64,000 nucleotides of DNA, taken from contig JBEWZL010000257.1 in NCBI GenBank assembly GCA_045837725.1, forward strand, positions 248,001 through 312,000, given 5' to 3'. Each line of letters opens with the position of its first letter. Position 1 is the stretch's first letter. The notes beneath the pieces are model-generated. The model was not told the DNA's origin. It saw only the letters and a program-made list of their open reading frames with translations, and did not search any database. Positions 52,031 to 64,000 of the stretch are shown here, piece after piece. Source of the stretch: Vermamoeba vermiformis. Its lineage: Eukaryota. The translations under genes and the position numbers were made by a program.

Positions 52031-54648
52031 ATGGAGAGCAGTCGCGAAGAGTATAGTGACAAAGTTAGGAAACCAAAAGACAAAACAAAGAAATTAAAAG
52101 AGAAGATCAACGTCTCACGCAGAAATTCGATCAAATCTGCTCGTGGTTCTGGTTTCTGGACTTTATGGTTAAAATATAATTATCCCGATCCTTCTCCTAT
52201 AGTACGCAATATTAAATAGGATTAAATAGAATTTATCTGATTTTTAACGAATTATTTTGCAATTAGGAAGTTGATCCGTCGTTTTCGATACACGACGTAA
52301 AAGGAGTCATTCAACGCTCTGAAGAATTCGATATAGATGTGCGTAGTTAATATTAAATGCTGCTCTTTTTGTGTTAATGAATTACCAGGACGTGAAACCC
52401 GGCAGTATTTTATTATCCCACGAGGGAAAGCCGCTGCATCCGAGATCCGTGGTCAAAGACATATTAAAAGGTACTTAAAACAATATAATAATAATTATAT
52501 AATTTTTATACTTGGATCTGATGAATATTCTTGCTAGATAACGATGAAATTAGTCTATCTATTTGTCTGCCCGGTCAAACAATTTCAAACGGCATCAACG
52601 GCAGCACCAACAACATATCAACGCCTAATAGTGGTAGTCCTGATATGAATGGCATTCGAAAAAGTGTCGGATCTGCAGCGGAAGGAGGATTATCGCCGCA
52701 AGCATCATTAGCCTTGCCTTCAAACGGCACGCCAGCCCCACAATATGTAGACGCAGAGTTATTACGACAGACGTTAAAATCGATTAATAGACGCTTGGAA
52801 AAAATAGAAACGAAGCTCGAATACAAAAACAATTATTTCGATCTGGCAGCAAAAGATATGCGACTGTTATTAGCGGCGCTGAAGCCACGTATTATCGGCT
52901 TTGATGACAGCATTAATAAGGAGATATTTTTGAAGCACCGATTCACGCTTGAAGGGCACACTGGTCCCGTGAACAGTTTGGCGCAGAAAGATGGTTTGTT
53001 GTACTCTGGATCTGACGACAATACTATTCAGGTACGAAAATACATAGCTTATATTATACTATTATTTCATTTTTATGCCATTTTATCGTTGATCAACCAT
53101 TAGAAAAAGTCGGTACAAAATTCTTGGAATATAAATTATTATTAATTTAAAGGTATCCAAGCTATTATTAACGTGATTTGATAGGTCTGGGACATATCTA
53201 CCGGCAAACATCGTCAAACATTAAATGCGCACAACAAGAGCGTGCGATCCATTACCATTCACAATGAACTGTTGATTAGCGCTTCGGACGATGAGACTAT
53301 CAAGGTACGTATTCAATATTAATAGTAAATTTATATCTAATCATGCTCGTGTAGCTCTGGGACGTCGAATCATTGAAATGCACGAACACGATCCAGCTCG
53401 AAAAGAACGCGTGTGAAGTGAAAGCTTCGTCCAAATATCTCATCGCTGGATTTTTCCGCTCAGTCAAAGTACGACACTGCTTTAATATAAGAAGTTAAAA
53501 TAATAATACTGACGTACTTTGTAGCTGTGGGACTTGAACACGGGCCAGTTAGAAAAAGAAATTGAGGGCATGAATCACTGGGTGCGCTCAGTGCGTGTGG
53601 CGAATGGTTATTTGTTCTGCGGCGGTAGAAATCAAATTACGGTACGTGCGATTATCATTCGTTATTTTTTAAGTTTAAAAATATTATGTTTTTATGACAC
53701 AAGAAACCATATATAGTTGCTAGCAATTATACTTAGGATCGTAATATTTTATTTATATGGCGAAATTTTCTTCTCGTAATCGACATTTCTTACGTAATTC
53801 CTTTGTGGATCTTATTTATCCAACGTCTCAAATCAACTTAATAGGACTAACCACTATTGTTGTACTAGGTGTGGGACATGTTGAACTTCAAGCTGATGAA
53901 AACACTCGAGTCGAATTGCGGCAGCATTTATTCGATGGTGCAGCACGGCAATTTGTTGTTCTGGTACGTGCCACATGATTTAACTAAATATAGTACTATA
54001 GTACATATTATACTATATTATACTATATTATACTATATTATGCTATTGTACTATATTATACTATATTGTAATGGTATTGCCAGTCATGTCTTTATTAACT
54101 TTTGGTGTAGTGCCACGTACGAAAACACGATCAATATCTTCGACATGCGGACGTGGGAGTGCGAGCGGTTATTGACAGGTCACACGGGCTCAGTCTACGG
54201 CCTCGTCGTGCACGGCAACAAATTGTATTCGAGCTCTTACGATACGTCCATCAGAGTACGTATTAATTTTATCGGATCTATTATTAGTTCCGCAGGCGAT
54301 GTCTTATTGCCCTATATGATTATTTTTTAGTTTTAAATGTAGACATCGAAGAAAAGTTATTTTTTAGCGGCGGATCCAGACTAGGATCTTGATTTCCAGT
54401 TTTATAATAGTGCTAATAATGATTAATTGCATAGATCTGGGACTTGAATAATTTACAATGCTTGCAACGAATTCCTGCTCATTCAAACAGAATTGAAGCA
54501 CTTGTCGGTGACGGAAATAACCACATCTGCAGTGGATCGCTAGATAGAACCGTGAAGGTAAGTATACGTTGTTAAGTAATACTGTGGTATTAAGTATATG
54601 AATTGAATTATTTTTCTAACGCAGATCTGGCGAGATAATCGAGTGTAA
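52031..54648 (+). CDS. Ubiquitin-like domain / coiled coil / WD40 (MHCK/TRAF7-type propeller) protein, copy A
   Basis: EVDPSFSIHDVK UBL-like segment, then a coiled coil, then WD repeats GHTGPV..LYSGSDDNTIQVWD and NHWVRSV..GYLFCGG. Confidence 0.8.
53985..54070. repeat. Intronic imperfect 10-bp AT-rich tandem repeat (TATTATACTA)n
   Basis: tattatacta tattatacta tattatacta tattatgcta ttgtacta tattatacta, inside an intron. Confidence 0.8.
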
Positions 54649-54864
54649 ATGGATCCGCTAAAAAAATGCGAAATTGTAATTATAGTTGCGTAAATATTAT
54701 TTATTTGTACTCCTTAGTGTATAAATGATAGAGTCCAATGTATTAATAGTAAAATGAATCAAATGTCAACTTGTTAACCAATTTTTTTGTATTTTCTAAC
54801 GGCCGTTATCAAACAACAAAAGGCCGCCTAATTTAATTGTAAATATTATATATTTATATTAAAT

Positions 54865-57386
54865 ATGGACAGTAGTCGTGAAGAAAAGAAATTTAAAGAC
54901 AAAACTAAGCAAAAGAAAAAAGATAAATTGTCAAGAAGATCATCCCGGGCCAGTTTTAGTCGACAAGGCTGGACATTATGGATTTCATATAAAAATGGTG
55001 ATTCAGTACCTGTAGTACGTATTTTATAGGCCCAAATAATATTATGAATTTTTCTGACGACAATTTCGATCGATTTTTAGGAGGTCGATCCAAGTTATAC
55101 AATACACGATGTAAAATCAGTAGTCCAACGATGTGATGAATATGATTTCGAGGTAATTGGAATTAAAATTAATTAATTAATATTTTGTGTTAATTTCGAG
55201 CACATTTCCATTCAGATCGATTGCACGTTTGCAATTTAATCATTAATAACGCCACAAGCATTCTGTAGCATTATTTTAGCATAAATCCAATAATACTAAT
55301 ATTATTTTAATTAAAGAGCGTCAAGTTGAGTCGGATTCGGTTATTGGCAGGAGGAAAATTACTTCAGCCGAAAGCTTTAGTCATGGATATATTAAAAGGT
55401 ATTAATATATCATAATTTTATCGACGTACATGCATTAAATATGCTTAATATTAGACGGAGATGAAATTGAAGTTGCGATCACCGAATCCAACCAGCTCTT
55501 TTCAACGAGTTCAAGCAATTTATTAGTATTGGGCAATAGTAGCGCTAGCAATAATAACGGGCAATCAACCAATACAAATGGATCAACTAGTCCTGGTAGT
55601 CAATCTCCAAACATTTCCATCAACGGATCCGATCAACATCCAGGTTTAAATATTTCAAATGGCAGCAATGACAATGGAGATAAATCTTTTGCACCTAATA
55701 AGAGTTCACCTAATACACCTCGCATAAAAAATGGCTCTATAAGTACGTAACAACCAAGCTCAGATCCGTTACAAAAAACCAAGATCTGCTTTCATTTAGA
55801 TCTGAAGGCACTTAATTATTACAATAATAACGATATTATTTTTTAGATGCTGCGGAGGATTTGGATAACACACCTGTTGCTAGTGTGGCGCAGATCGGAG
55901 AAATGTTGCGCAACACGTTGAAGACGATTACGAAGCGCATGGAACAAATGGAAGCAAAGATTGAATATAAGAACAACAACTTTGACCTCGCCATGAAAGA
56001 ATTGCGTATATTAATAGCCTCAATTAAGAGCCGACCTGCGGAGCCAGTGGCAGCGGAGAATTTGAACAGCAATATTTTAAAACAAAAATACACTTTGCAC
56101 GGCCATCAAGGACCCGTGTGGAGTCTAGCGCATCATGAAGGGATATTGTACTCTGGATCTTCAGATCAGACCATTCAGGTACGTCAATCGCTAAATAGGA
56201 CATTAGAACCATATTATAATATTTATTCCTCATAAGAGTCTCATAATTATAGGTTTTTATTTATTAATGCTCACGTGTCATTTTTGTTTTTTTTGATGGT
56301 GACAGGTGTCACGTTATTGACACGTGTTGATGCAGGTGTGGGACATTTCAACGGGCAAACATCGACACACGATCAACGGCCACGAGAACATCGTGCGCTC
56401 AGTCGTCGCGTCAAACAACACATTGATCAGTGCGTCAGACGACAAGACAATTAAGGTCTGGGACACGGAGAACTTCCGATGCACCAAGACCATCAACATG
56501 AACAAAATTGCGTGCGAACTCAAAATAGCTGCGGGATATTTATTCGCTGGCTCGTATAAGTGCGTGAAGGTACGTGCAATTTAAACATAGTATTTCCTTT
56601 TTTGGTAATAACGCTATTGATGACGTACAGATTTGGAATCTCGACACGTTAGAGCCCGAAAAAGATCTCGAAGGTCACAATCACTGGGTGCGTGCAGTGC
56701 GCGTGGCCAATGGTTATTTATTCTGCGGCGGTCACAATTTAATTACAGTACGTGCGATGCATAATATTACAAGAGAATAAGACTAATCTAAATATAGATG
56801 TGGGACATGGGCAATTACAAGTGCGTGAAGACACTTGAAACGAGCTGCGGCAGTATTTATTCGTTATTACAAAGCGGTCATTTGTTATTAAGGTACGGCT
56901 AGTAACGCTTTCCTAATTTGTACATGATTACTAAATATGGTAATGTCAGTGGCACTTACGAGAACACGATCAATGTGTGGGACACGAGGACATGGGAGTG
57001 CGTGCGCAGTCTGTCGGGCCACACGGGTGCTGTCTACTCACTTGCCATAAATGGAAATAAGTTGTACTCGGGATCATATGACAACACTATACGAGTACGT
57101 ATCATATTTGTATTAAGGAGTATTCTTCGTGGATCAAATAACAGATCCGCAATTTTTTTGAAGTTCAAATTTTCATTAGATTAATATTTACTTATAGATA
57201 TGGGATTTGAACTCGTTTCAATGCCTGCAAAAAGTTCAAGCGCACACTAATAGCGTCGAATCGTTAGTGACTGATGGCGAACATATATGCAGTGGATCTA
57301 CAGATAGTTCAATTAAGGTACGGTAATCAAATATTTAATTATTAAAACTAATGTTATTATAGATCTGGCGAGACAATAGAGTGTAA
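54865..57386 (+). CDS. Ubiquitin-like domain / coiled coil / WD40 protein, copy B (tandem paralog)
   Basis: UBL: EVDPSYTIHDVKSVV..IRLLAGGKLL..DGDEIEV. Same WD repeats as copy A and the same terminal IWRDNRV*. Confidence 0.82.
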
Positions 57387-57491
57387 CAAAATCAAAACTT
57401 GCGGAATTAAAAATGTAATTTATTAACCGAACTGACGCGAACGAATCACCGAGAAAGGCAGTGAGTGCAAGTTATATTTCGATTAATTTTC

Positions 57492-59107
57492 TTAGAAGCT
57501 GAACAAAAAAGCGATGCAAAGGAGAGCTAGTGAGACGATGTTGGCAGTCGCAGAGCTCTTGGCAGCAGCGCACTTGACCTCGCCGTCGTAGAGCTTGACC
57601 TCGCACTTGTCCAGGATGCGCACTCGGATGCTGTACTTGCCTTCAGCGACGTCAAAGGTCTCGTCAACCACGTCCATCTCCTTGCCAGCGCTGTCAGTGA
57701 CGATCAAGGGGAAGTCGAGCCACCAGTCAGTCTTCAACTGCGCCTTGTTCGCGGGCTTGACACAGGCGGTAAGTTCGGTGACAGTCAAGGTAGGCGCAAC
57801 TGCAGCACAGGCATTGAAATTTTGAAGCGAGTTCAATTGATCGTCAGTCATTTCTAGGAGCGTTAGCCACGTGACTCGAGGTCTGGATCCAGATCTACTT
57901 ACTGTTGTACAGCATGAGGGGATTGCCGTCAAGAGCACCAGCAATGCTGGTCATAGCACTTTGCGACATGTTGCCTTGCGCGAGGATCATCATGAAGGTC
58001 ATGTTGGCACCAGCAGGCACCGTGACCTCGAAGAACGGCTTAACCCATTGGCCACCGTCAGCTGGTTCGCCGTCAGTTCCAAACTGGACTTTGTTTGCCT
58101 TGGCACTGAAGCTGTTCCAGTGGATCGAGAACGGTTGTCGTGCATGTTCGCTTCGATTTTGGCATCGGAGCTGACGGAGAAGTACTGCGTGAGCACGCTA
58201 CTTTGAAGCACGTAGGTACACTTACATGACTACGTAACGACTAGTACGCTTGAGGACTGCAATAGAACCTCCTGCGTGGTTCCAATAGCCAATAGCGGCA
58301 GAAATAGGTTCCTCAGTAGGATTGTTGACCATATTGACCACACGAGCCCAACTTTGATCAGGATCTGAAAATGAAAAAATTGTAAGTTAATTGGAATTTT
58401 ATACTAAAAATATGTAGACGTACTCGCAGGAACATAGTAATAATGCTGAGTCACGAAGGGAAGATCAGGATTTTCAAGATCAACTCGGAAAAGTCCGTCC
58501 GAGAGGCAGGTAATGTTGGTAGAGGGCGACATGTAATAAAACGTTTCATTAACGCTAAATTCCATAGCACCATCAATCGTATCGCGAGATCCGTCGATGA
58601 GTCCGAATCCGTGCTTGTTATCCTGAGTACGGTGGAGACTGTAACCAAAGTCCCAAAAGAATCCCTTTTCTCGGAAGAGATTTTCAGTGCCGTTGCCGTG
58701 GAGTTGTCCCACGCCGTAGAACGAAGGATTACGGTCCCAAGCATCGTTGAAGTTAGCGTTTCCATCCAAACCTTAAAACCAAATCCGTCAGTACATCGCG
58801 CTTGGTCCACCAAAGCGCTCGGAAAAATATTATTTGATATTAAGTACGTTTTAAAAGCATAAAACAGAATATTACAGCAATAATAAGCACGTCCGTTTTA
58901 CCTACCGTAATTTTGACCGTTGACAAAGATAGGATTGCCAGTATTCAGAGAAACGGTGATAGCAGTAAAGTCAACATAATCACCGTCACGAGTTAAATAG
59001 GCGTTCTGAGTGTCGATGCAGTACGGTACGACCAACAACGGATCGTTCCCGATGCACGAGACATAAGCAGCCAGAGCAAGCAAGCAGCCGAACACTACGA
59101 ACTTCAT
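57492..59107 (-). CDS. Secreted, probably GPI-anchored surface protein
   Basis: Signal peptide MKFVVFGCLLALAAYVSC, Cys-containing body, and C-terminal SSATANIVSLALLCIAFLFSF. Strong codon bias suggests high expression. Confidence 0.7.
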
Positions 59108-59381
59108 TTTTTATTGTCGTTGCGAAGAAGGCAATAAATAAATTGACAGTGTTTTGCGTTGAGAATGTATGTAAGTAAATTTTATTGTCCTTATTTGGCA
59201 AATCAAGATATTCTTTCAGATATAATCAAATAGAGTTTAGAACATGTAACTGCACCCAAGCAAAAGAGGGTTCGATGCATAACTTTTGTCCGTAAAGCAA
59301 AGCAAAGATAAAATTTATCCGATTTATCTTAAAATTATGGCAACGGTTTTTACCTTCTTAATTCAAAGAGCAAGTTGAACG

Positions 59382-60595
59382 ATGGAACACAAGGCTGGTA
59401 TGACTAGTCATAAACATATTAATCCCCTTCGTACCGTTCCCTTATTAATTGTACTGCAAGTTGAAATCATCAACAACGATCTTCGTATCAAAGACTTTCG
59501 AACAATTTGCGTTATCATCAATTTTTTTATTTTGCGAACATCCTTAAGCGTAAAATAATGCGTTGAAATTGCGATCTCTCTCATTATGAATTAATTTAAA
59601 TTTACAAAATTGGGACTTGCTTGGAAATTTTAATTCTGCATAGTTGTTAATTAAATTGGTTATGAACATCTGTTTTTACAATTTTCGGGGTCTGATCTTT
59701 TATTACAGACCAAAAAAGAGAAGAGAGGGATCACCACTCTCGCCGAGAAAGAGGAGGCAGAAGAGATTCAAACGGAGACCATAGACATACACGACGTAAT
59801 GACAGATCTGATTCTCATCACTCAAGCGAGGCACCAGAGCAGAATTCCAACGCTACAGCAGATGCACCTAGACTTACGCGTTACGTCGGGTTTTTGAGCA
59901 AATTACCATTTGATACCAATGCAAAAGATATATTGGAATTATATCCGTCGTCTCAGGTACGCTGATCGCTAAACGAGAGGGACATCTGCTAAAGACTTGT
60001 ACTAGATCACCTCGATCTCGCTTCATTTCCCAATCAAAGGTGAAAATCCATTGGGTCACGGTGAAGTAGAGTTCGCTAGCCTTGATTCAATGGCAAAGGC
60101 TGCCAAAATGGGAGCCAAGGTACGTTACTAATGGTAGGCAATTCTCGGACTAACAATAGGCAGAATATTCGTGGCCACGAGATTCGCATTCGAACAGTGA
60201 AGATGCATGCTGGCAGTCAACAGCGCGATGCACAAGATGACTCTGAAAAGCGCACAGAAGTTGAAGACACTCGGTCTGAACGTGATCGAGCACCACGCAC
60301 TCGAGACCACAGAGAACGCCACACACGTGATGCCGACGAATCAACTCGCCCTTCAACTCGACGATCTCGCCGCCGAGATGACACTGCACATCGATCGGAT
60401 CGTACTGAAGGCAAGGGTCGCTCTGCAGCAGTCCATGAAAACACAGATCCAAAACAGGATCTGAGTCACAGTGACGATGTATCTGACGAGCAAGCATCGT
60501 ATTCAAGCGATGAAAGTATTGAAGTACAGGAGGCGAGATACCGCTACATGTTGCAGTATTATGATGACAGAGAAGACTGGGACAATATTGATTAA
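59382..60595 (+). CDS. Single RRM protein flanked by R/D/H-rich disordered regions (eIF4B/4H-like RRM)
   Basis: RNP2-like GFLSKLPFD, RNP1-like LGHGEVEF and IRGHEIRI. Start exon uncertain. Confidence 0.6.
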
Positions 60596-60803
60596 ATAAT
60601 TCTTCCTTATCGAATGGTGCGTACATAGCAACGTTTAATGAAATATATGCTTAAATTCGAAACTGTTGGTCAAGTGTCGTTCAATACTTGACACGGAACT
60701 GATGTCAGCAAGTCAAAAAAAGTCATATTCTTATTCTGCACCGTCAACAAAACAGAAAGGATTGTTTGTTATTTAATTTACATTCAACATTCCAGTGAGA
60801 ACA

Positions 60804-61962
60804 ATGGGCAACGCTCAAACGCAGTTGTAAGCAATCGATTTTATGTTTGAATTCTGGATTTGGTTTCAATTTCGATTCTGTTGCGTAATAATATTATATT
60901 TAACATTACCTTTATTTGATAAATATTTTGTTTAATTAATTAGGCATTAATGTATTAAATAGTGCGAGCTTTGTTGGCAATTCGCCTTTGAGATTGATGA
61001 ACGAAGACACATTTTTAGTCACGCTCAAGTACCTTGCCGTCAGCGATTATATCCACTTAACTATCCTATGTCGATCTTTTTTCCAGATTTTCAATGCGGT
61101 AAGCAGCTGCTAACGATTCAAATCTTGCGAAAACTCATCGCATTCAATTCAGAACAACTTTCTTTGGGCGCAAATGTGCGAAGTCGTTGCTAATAAGCCC
61201 CTCCTAGCACAATGTAGTACAACAATGCGAGTTGGTCCGGTTGCAGATCCTGAACTACAAGTCCAAAACAGCGTGGCTCGCGTACTCTTGGCTGCGTACA
61301 AAGACGAGAGACTGACATACAACGGCCGTCCTCTTAATGCCAATGATGCGTTAAACGTGCGCGACAAGCATTTGGTGCGCCAGTTCAATTTCAAAGAAGC
61401 CATCAAGAAGTACTACATCCACTACATTCAACTTCGAGCTCTGCAGGCGCAATGTAAGCGTTTTGTAAGGGGTACGAGGCATTCAGTGAAAATTAGAGTC
61501 AAGCAATACACCGGCCTGTTTGAAAACGTGTCCGCCAAGAAGGATCTGAAAAATCATCGCTGCGCTCGAGACTACTATTACTACGTCGACTTTGGCTGCA
61601 ATGCGCATAAATTAGAAAAGATGCAACAAGAGAAGAAGATTGATGTGGCAGCTCCAGCGAATGAACGCGTGAACGGCCAGCCAAAAATGATCCGACAACC
61701 CAGTCCATCCTTGTACGAAGAGGTTGGAGGCCGATTAGTGGTCTATCAACAATCTGATGTAGAGCCGCATTGGCATTACCCTAAGTCTCGTTCAGCGTAC
61801 AGTACAAGAGGGCATGTAAGATCTGGCCAGGCACTGTACCCGCAGAAAAGTTCTGGTTGGTTCAGAGTCTCTGGCATAACTACAGTATGTGCAGTGGCGC
61901 TTCTTTGTATAATAGTAATGTTACTTCGATCGATCGAGGCTAGGAATAGCCATTATTTATAA
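60804..61962 (+). CDS. Putatively myristoylated F-box-like protein, unknown domain, C-terminal TM helix (copy A)
   Basis: MGNAQTQ micro-exon, F-box-like LMNEDTFLVTLKYLAVSDYIHLTILCR, and terminal ITTVCAVALLCIIVMLL. Confidence 0.65.
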
Positions 61963-62063
61963 AACATTTAATTTTGTTTTAAATCCGTTCGTACACGCAA
62001 CAATAGGCATTGAGACTTGCAATTTAAAGTAAAGAAAAGAATACCGACATAACTCTTCTTTCA

Positions 62064-63033
62064 ATGGGCAACGTACAACAACAATTGTAAGTAACGGATT
62101 TAGATCTAACTTTCAACAATCTATACTTTGTCAACGAAAATTTAGGAATATTGACTATAATAATTAGCCCTTATTATGACATTATTTGTAGTAATTTTTA
62201 ATTCTTAGTTCAAATTTCGTGGGCAATTCACCCTTGCGCTTTATGAACGAAGACACATTCCTTGTCATGCTTAAACACCTTGCAGTAAGCGATTATGTAC
62301 ACTTGACTATATTGTGTCGCAATTTCAATCAGCTCTTTGGCTCGGTAAGCAAGATTCAGAAAAAATTTTAGATCGAAAACTCATCCCTGTACAATTCCAG
62401 AATAACTTTCTTTGGGCTCAAATGTGCGAAATTCTAGCTAGTAAGCGACGGCCTGCCGAAACATTCTCTCCTTCTGATGATATTTCGCTGGACGAGGAGA
62501 TGTACGGTACGGACACAAGCAGCGTGGCTCGCGTCCTCCTTGCCTCGTTCAAAGGCCAAAAACTGATGGTCAATGGCGCACCTTTGAGGCCTAGAGACGA
62601 GTTAAATGTGCGCGACAAACACTTGGTGAGCCAGTTCAATTTCAAAGAGGCCATCAAGAAGTACTACATCCACTACATTCAGCGTATGGCCTTGCAAACA
62701 ATGTGCTTTCGCTACACGTCAGGCACTAGCGCCACATCTTCAATAGAGGTCAGAGCATACGACGGCAAATTCAAAGACGTGTGGGCTAAGGCAGATCTGA
62801 AGAAACACAAGTGCGCGCAAGACGTTTATTATTACGTCGACTTTGGGTGCAGTCCACAGAAACTCGAAAAAATGCAACAAGATAGCGTGGCAACGCCATT
62901 GTACAGCGAACTCGGTGGCCGCTTAGTCGTCTATCAAATATCGGTTGTGGAGCCACGTAAGCGAGGCTACATTTCGCGAATGCCTGCACGACCAGTGAAG
63001 CGAATGCCACATATTGAAATTAAGAAAAAATAA
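62064..63033 (+). CDS. Putatively myristoylated F-box-like protein, unknown domain (copy B)
   Basis: MGNVQQQ micro-exon. Shares LNVRDKHLV.QFNFKEAIKKYYIHYIQ and YYYVDFGC with copy A. Ends in a basic tail. Confidence 0.65.
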
Positions 63034-63173
63034 GTGCTCTGTGTTGTTTTTGGTGGATAAGAGCACTGTGTACCGGTATTACGTTTGTAAATTTATGTAG
63101 ATCTAGGTTTTATAAACTTTATTTTTTTGATTCCCCTTTTTAGCACGTTACAGTTTATTTGTTTGATTTGATT

Positions 63174-64000
63174 ATGTCTGAAAGGCGGCCTCTGCTTATT
63201 AACATGGCTCATCCACAACATAATCACCACCATCAAAATGTAAGTGCGATCGAGGATCTCGATCCGTTTAAAATTAAAAAGATTTTGTATATTAATTTAG
63301 TGCTAATTATTTATTATAGACACATATTACCGAGCATCATTTTGGTGCGCATGCTTTGGTTAAATATAACATCGACGACAGTTCGCGATCTCGTTTCTAT
63401 GGATTAATCAGTAAGTTAAAACACTATCATCGCAATAATAATATTAAAAATATGGTAATGACGCTAGGCGTATTTTAATAAATTTATTTTTAATTTGCCG
63501 CCATTTATTTTAGAGATCCCTCGGTTGCGACAGTATTACGTTTACGATCCTAATTTGAAGAAAGAAGTGCTCATTAGAGAGAAAGACGTACGCAAGGTTT
63601 CGTGGACAGAACTGTTTTATGATTTGATTTACGTGGTCTTGGTCGATCACTTAGGTAAGACATCCAAAAAACAGCGCGTTGCACGGAATAGTCTAATAAT
63701 TACCTCAATATTATATTAGTCCACTTTTTGAGTGAGCACGCTGACAAATCACACATTTTCGTGCTTCTGTTTGCTTCGATCTACCGTGTTTGGTCCGCAA
63801 CAACGATGTACAGCACTCGCTACGATACCGATGACTTTGTAAGCAATATTATAGCATAGTATACCGACTACTATATTAATATACGATTATCTGATCAATC
63901 AAAATAATTACTAAATTTCTAACACAAACGAAATCCAGATCCACAAAATCTATTATTTGATTCAAATGTCAGCAGTCGTATGTATGGGTATCAATCTCGA
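63174..64000 (+). CDS. Low temperature requirement A (LtrA)-family membrane protein; 3' truncated
   Basis: RKVSWTELFYDLIYV and W...TMYSTRYDTDD match the LtrA N-terminal signatures. Confidence 0.75.

Noticed and set aside
1-63033. Apparent ubiquitin-system cluster (CAND1, five F-box-like genes, UBL-WD40 pair, UBR-box)
   Set aside because: The genes are scattered among unrelated loci and F-box families are often large in protists. No evidence of a functional cluster.

Overview
This window is compact, intron-rich eukaryotic genomic DNA with about 32 spliced protein-coding genes, short AT-rich introns and the standard genetic code. The gene content (severin/fragmin-type gelsolin, MHCK/TRAF7-type WD40, NT-C2/DIL protein, RasGEF) suggests a free-living amoeba; this is an inference. 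Recognisable housekeeping genes are CAND1 (partial), NDUFA5, a DHRS12-like SDR, a BAR-SH3 amphiphysin, gelsolin, an A1 aspartic protease and an LtrA-family membrane protein (partial). The main highlights are: (1) a spliced GluR0-like ionotropic receptor with an intact TVGYGD K+ filter plus an M4 helix; (2) a complete eukaryotic-type nitrate reductase directly upstream of it, with no nitrite reductase or transporter in the window; (3) an intron-containing T4 Rnl1-like RNA ligase; (4) a catalytically eroded CYTH/ThTPase-like protein; (5) four tandem P450s with a G-to-K change in the heme motif and patchy gene conversion; (6) several unusual domain fusions; (7) a perfect 12-bp palindrome, TGACACGTGTCA, recurring inside introns of unrelated genes; and (8) three GC-AG introns. 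I found no tRNA, rRNA, CRISPR array or transposon. Gene models were spliced by eye, so some boundaries are approximate.
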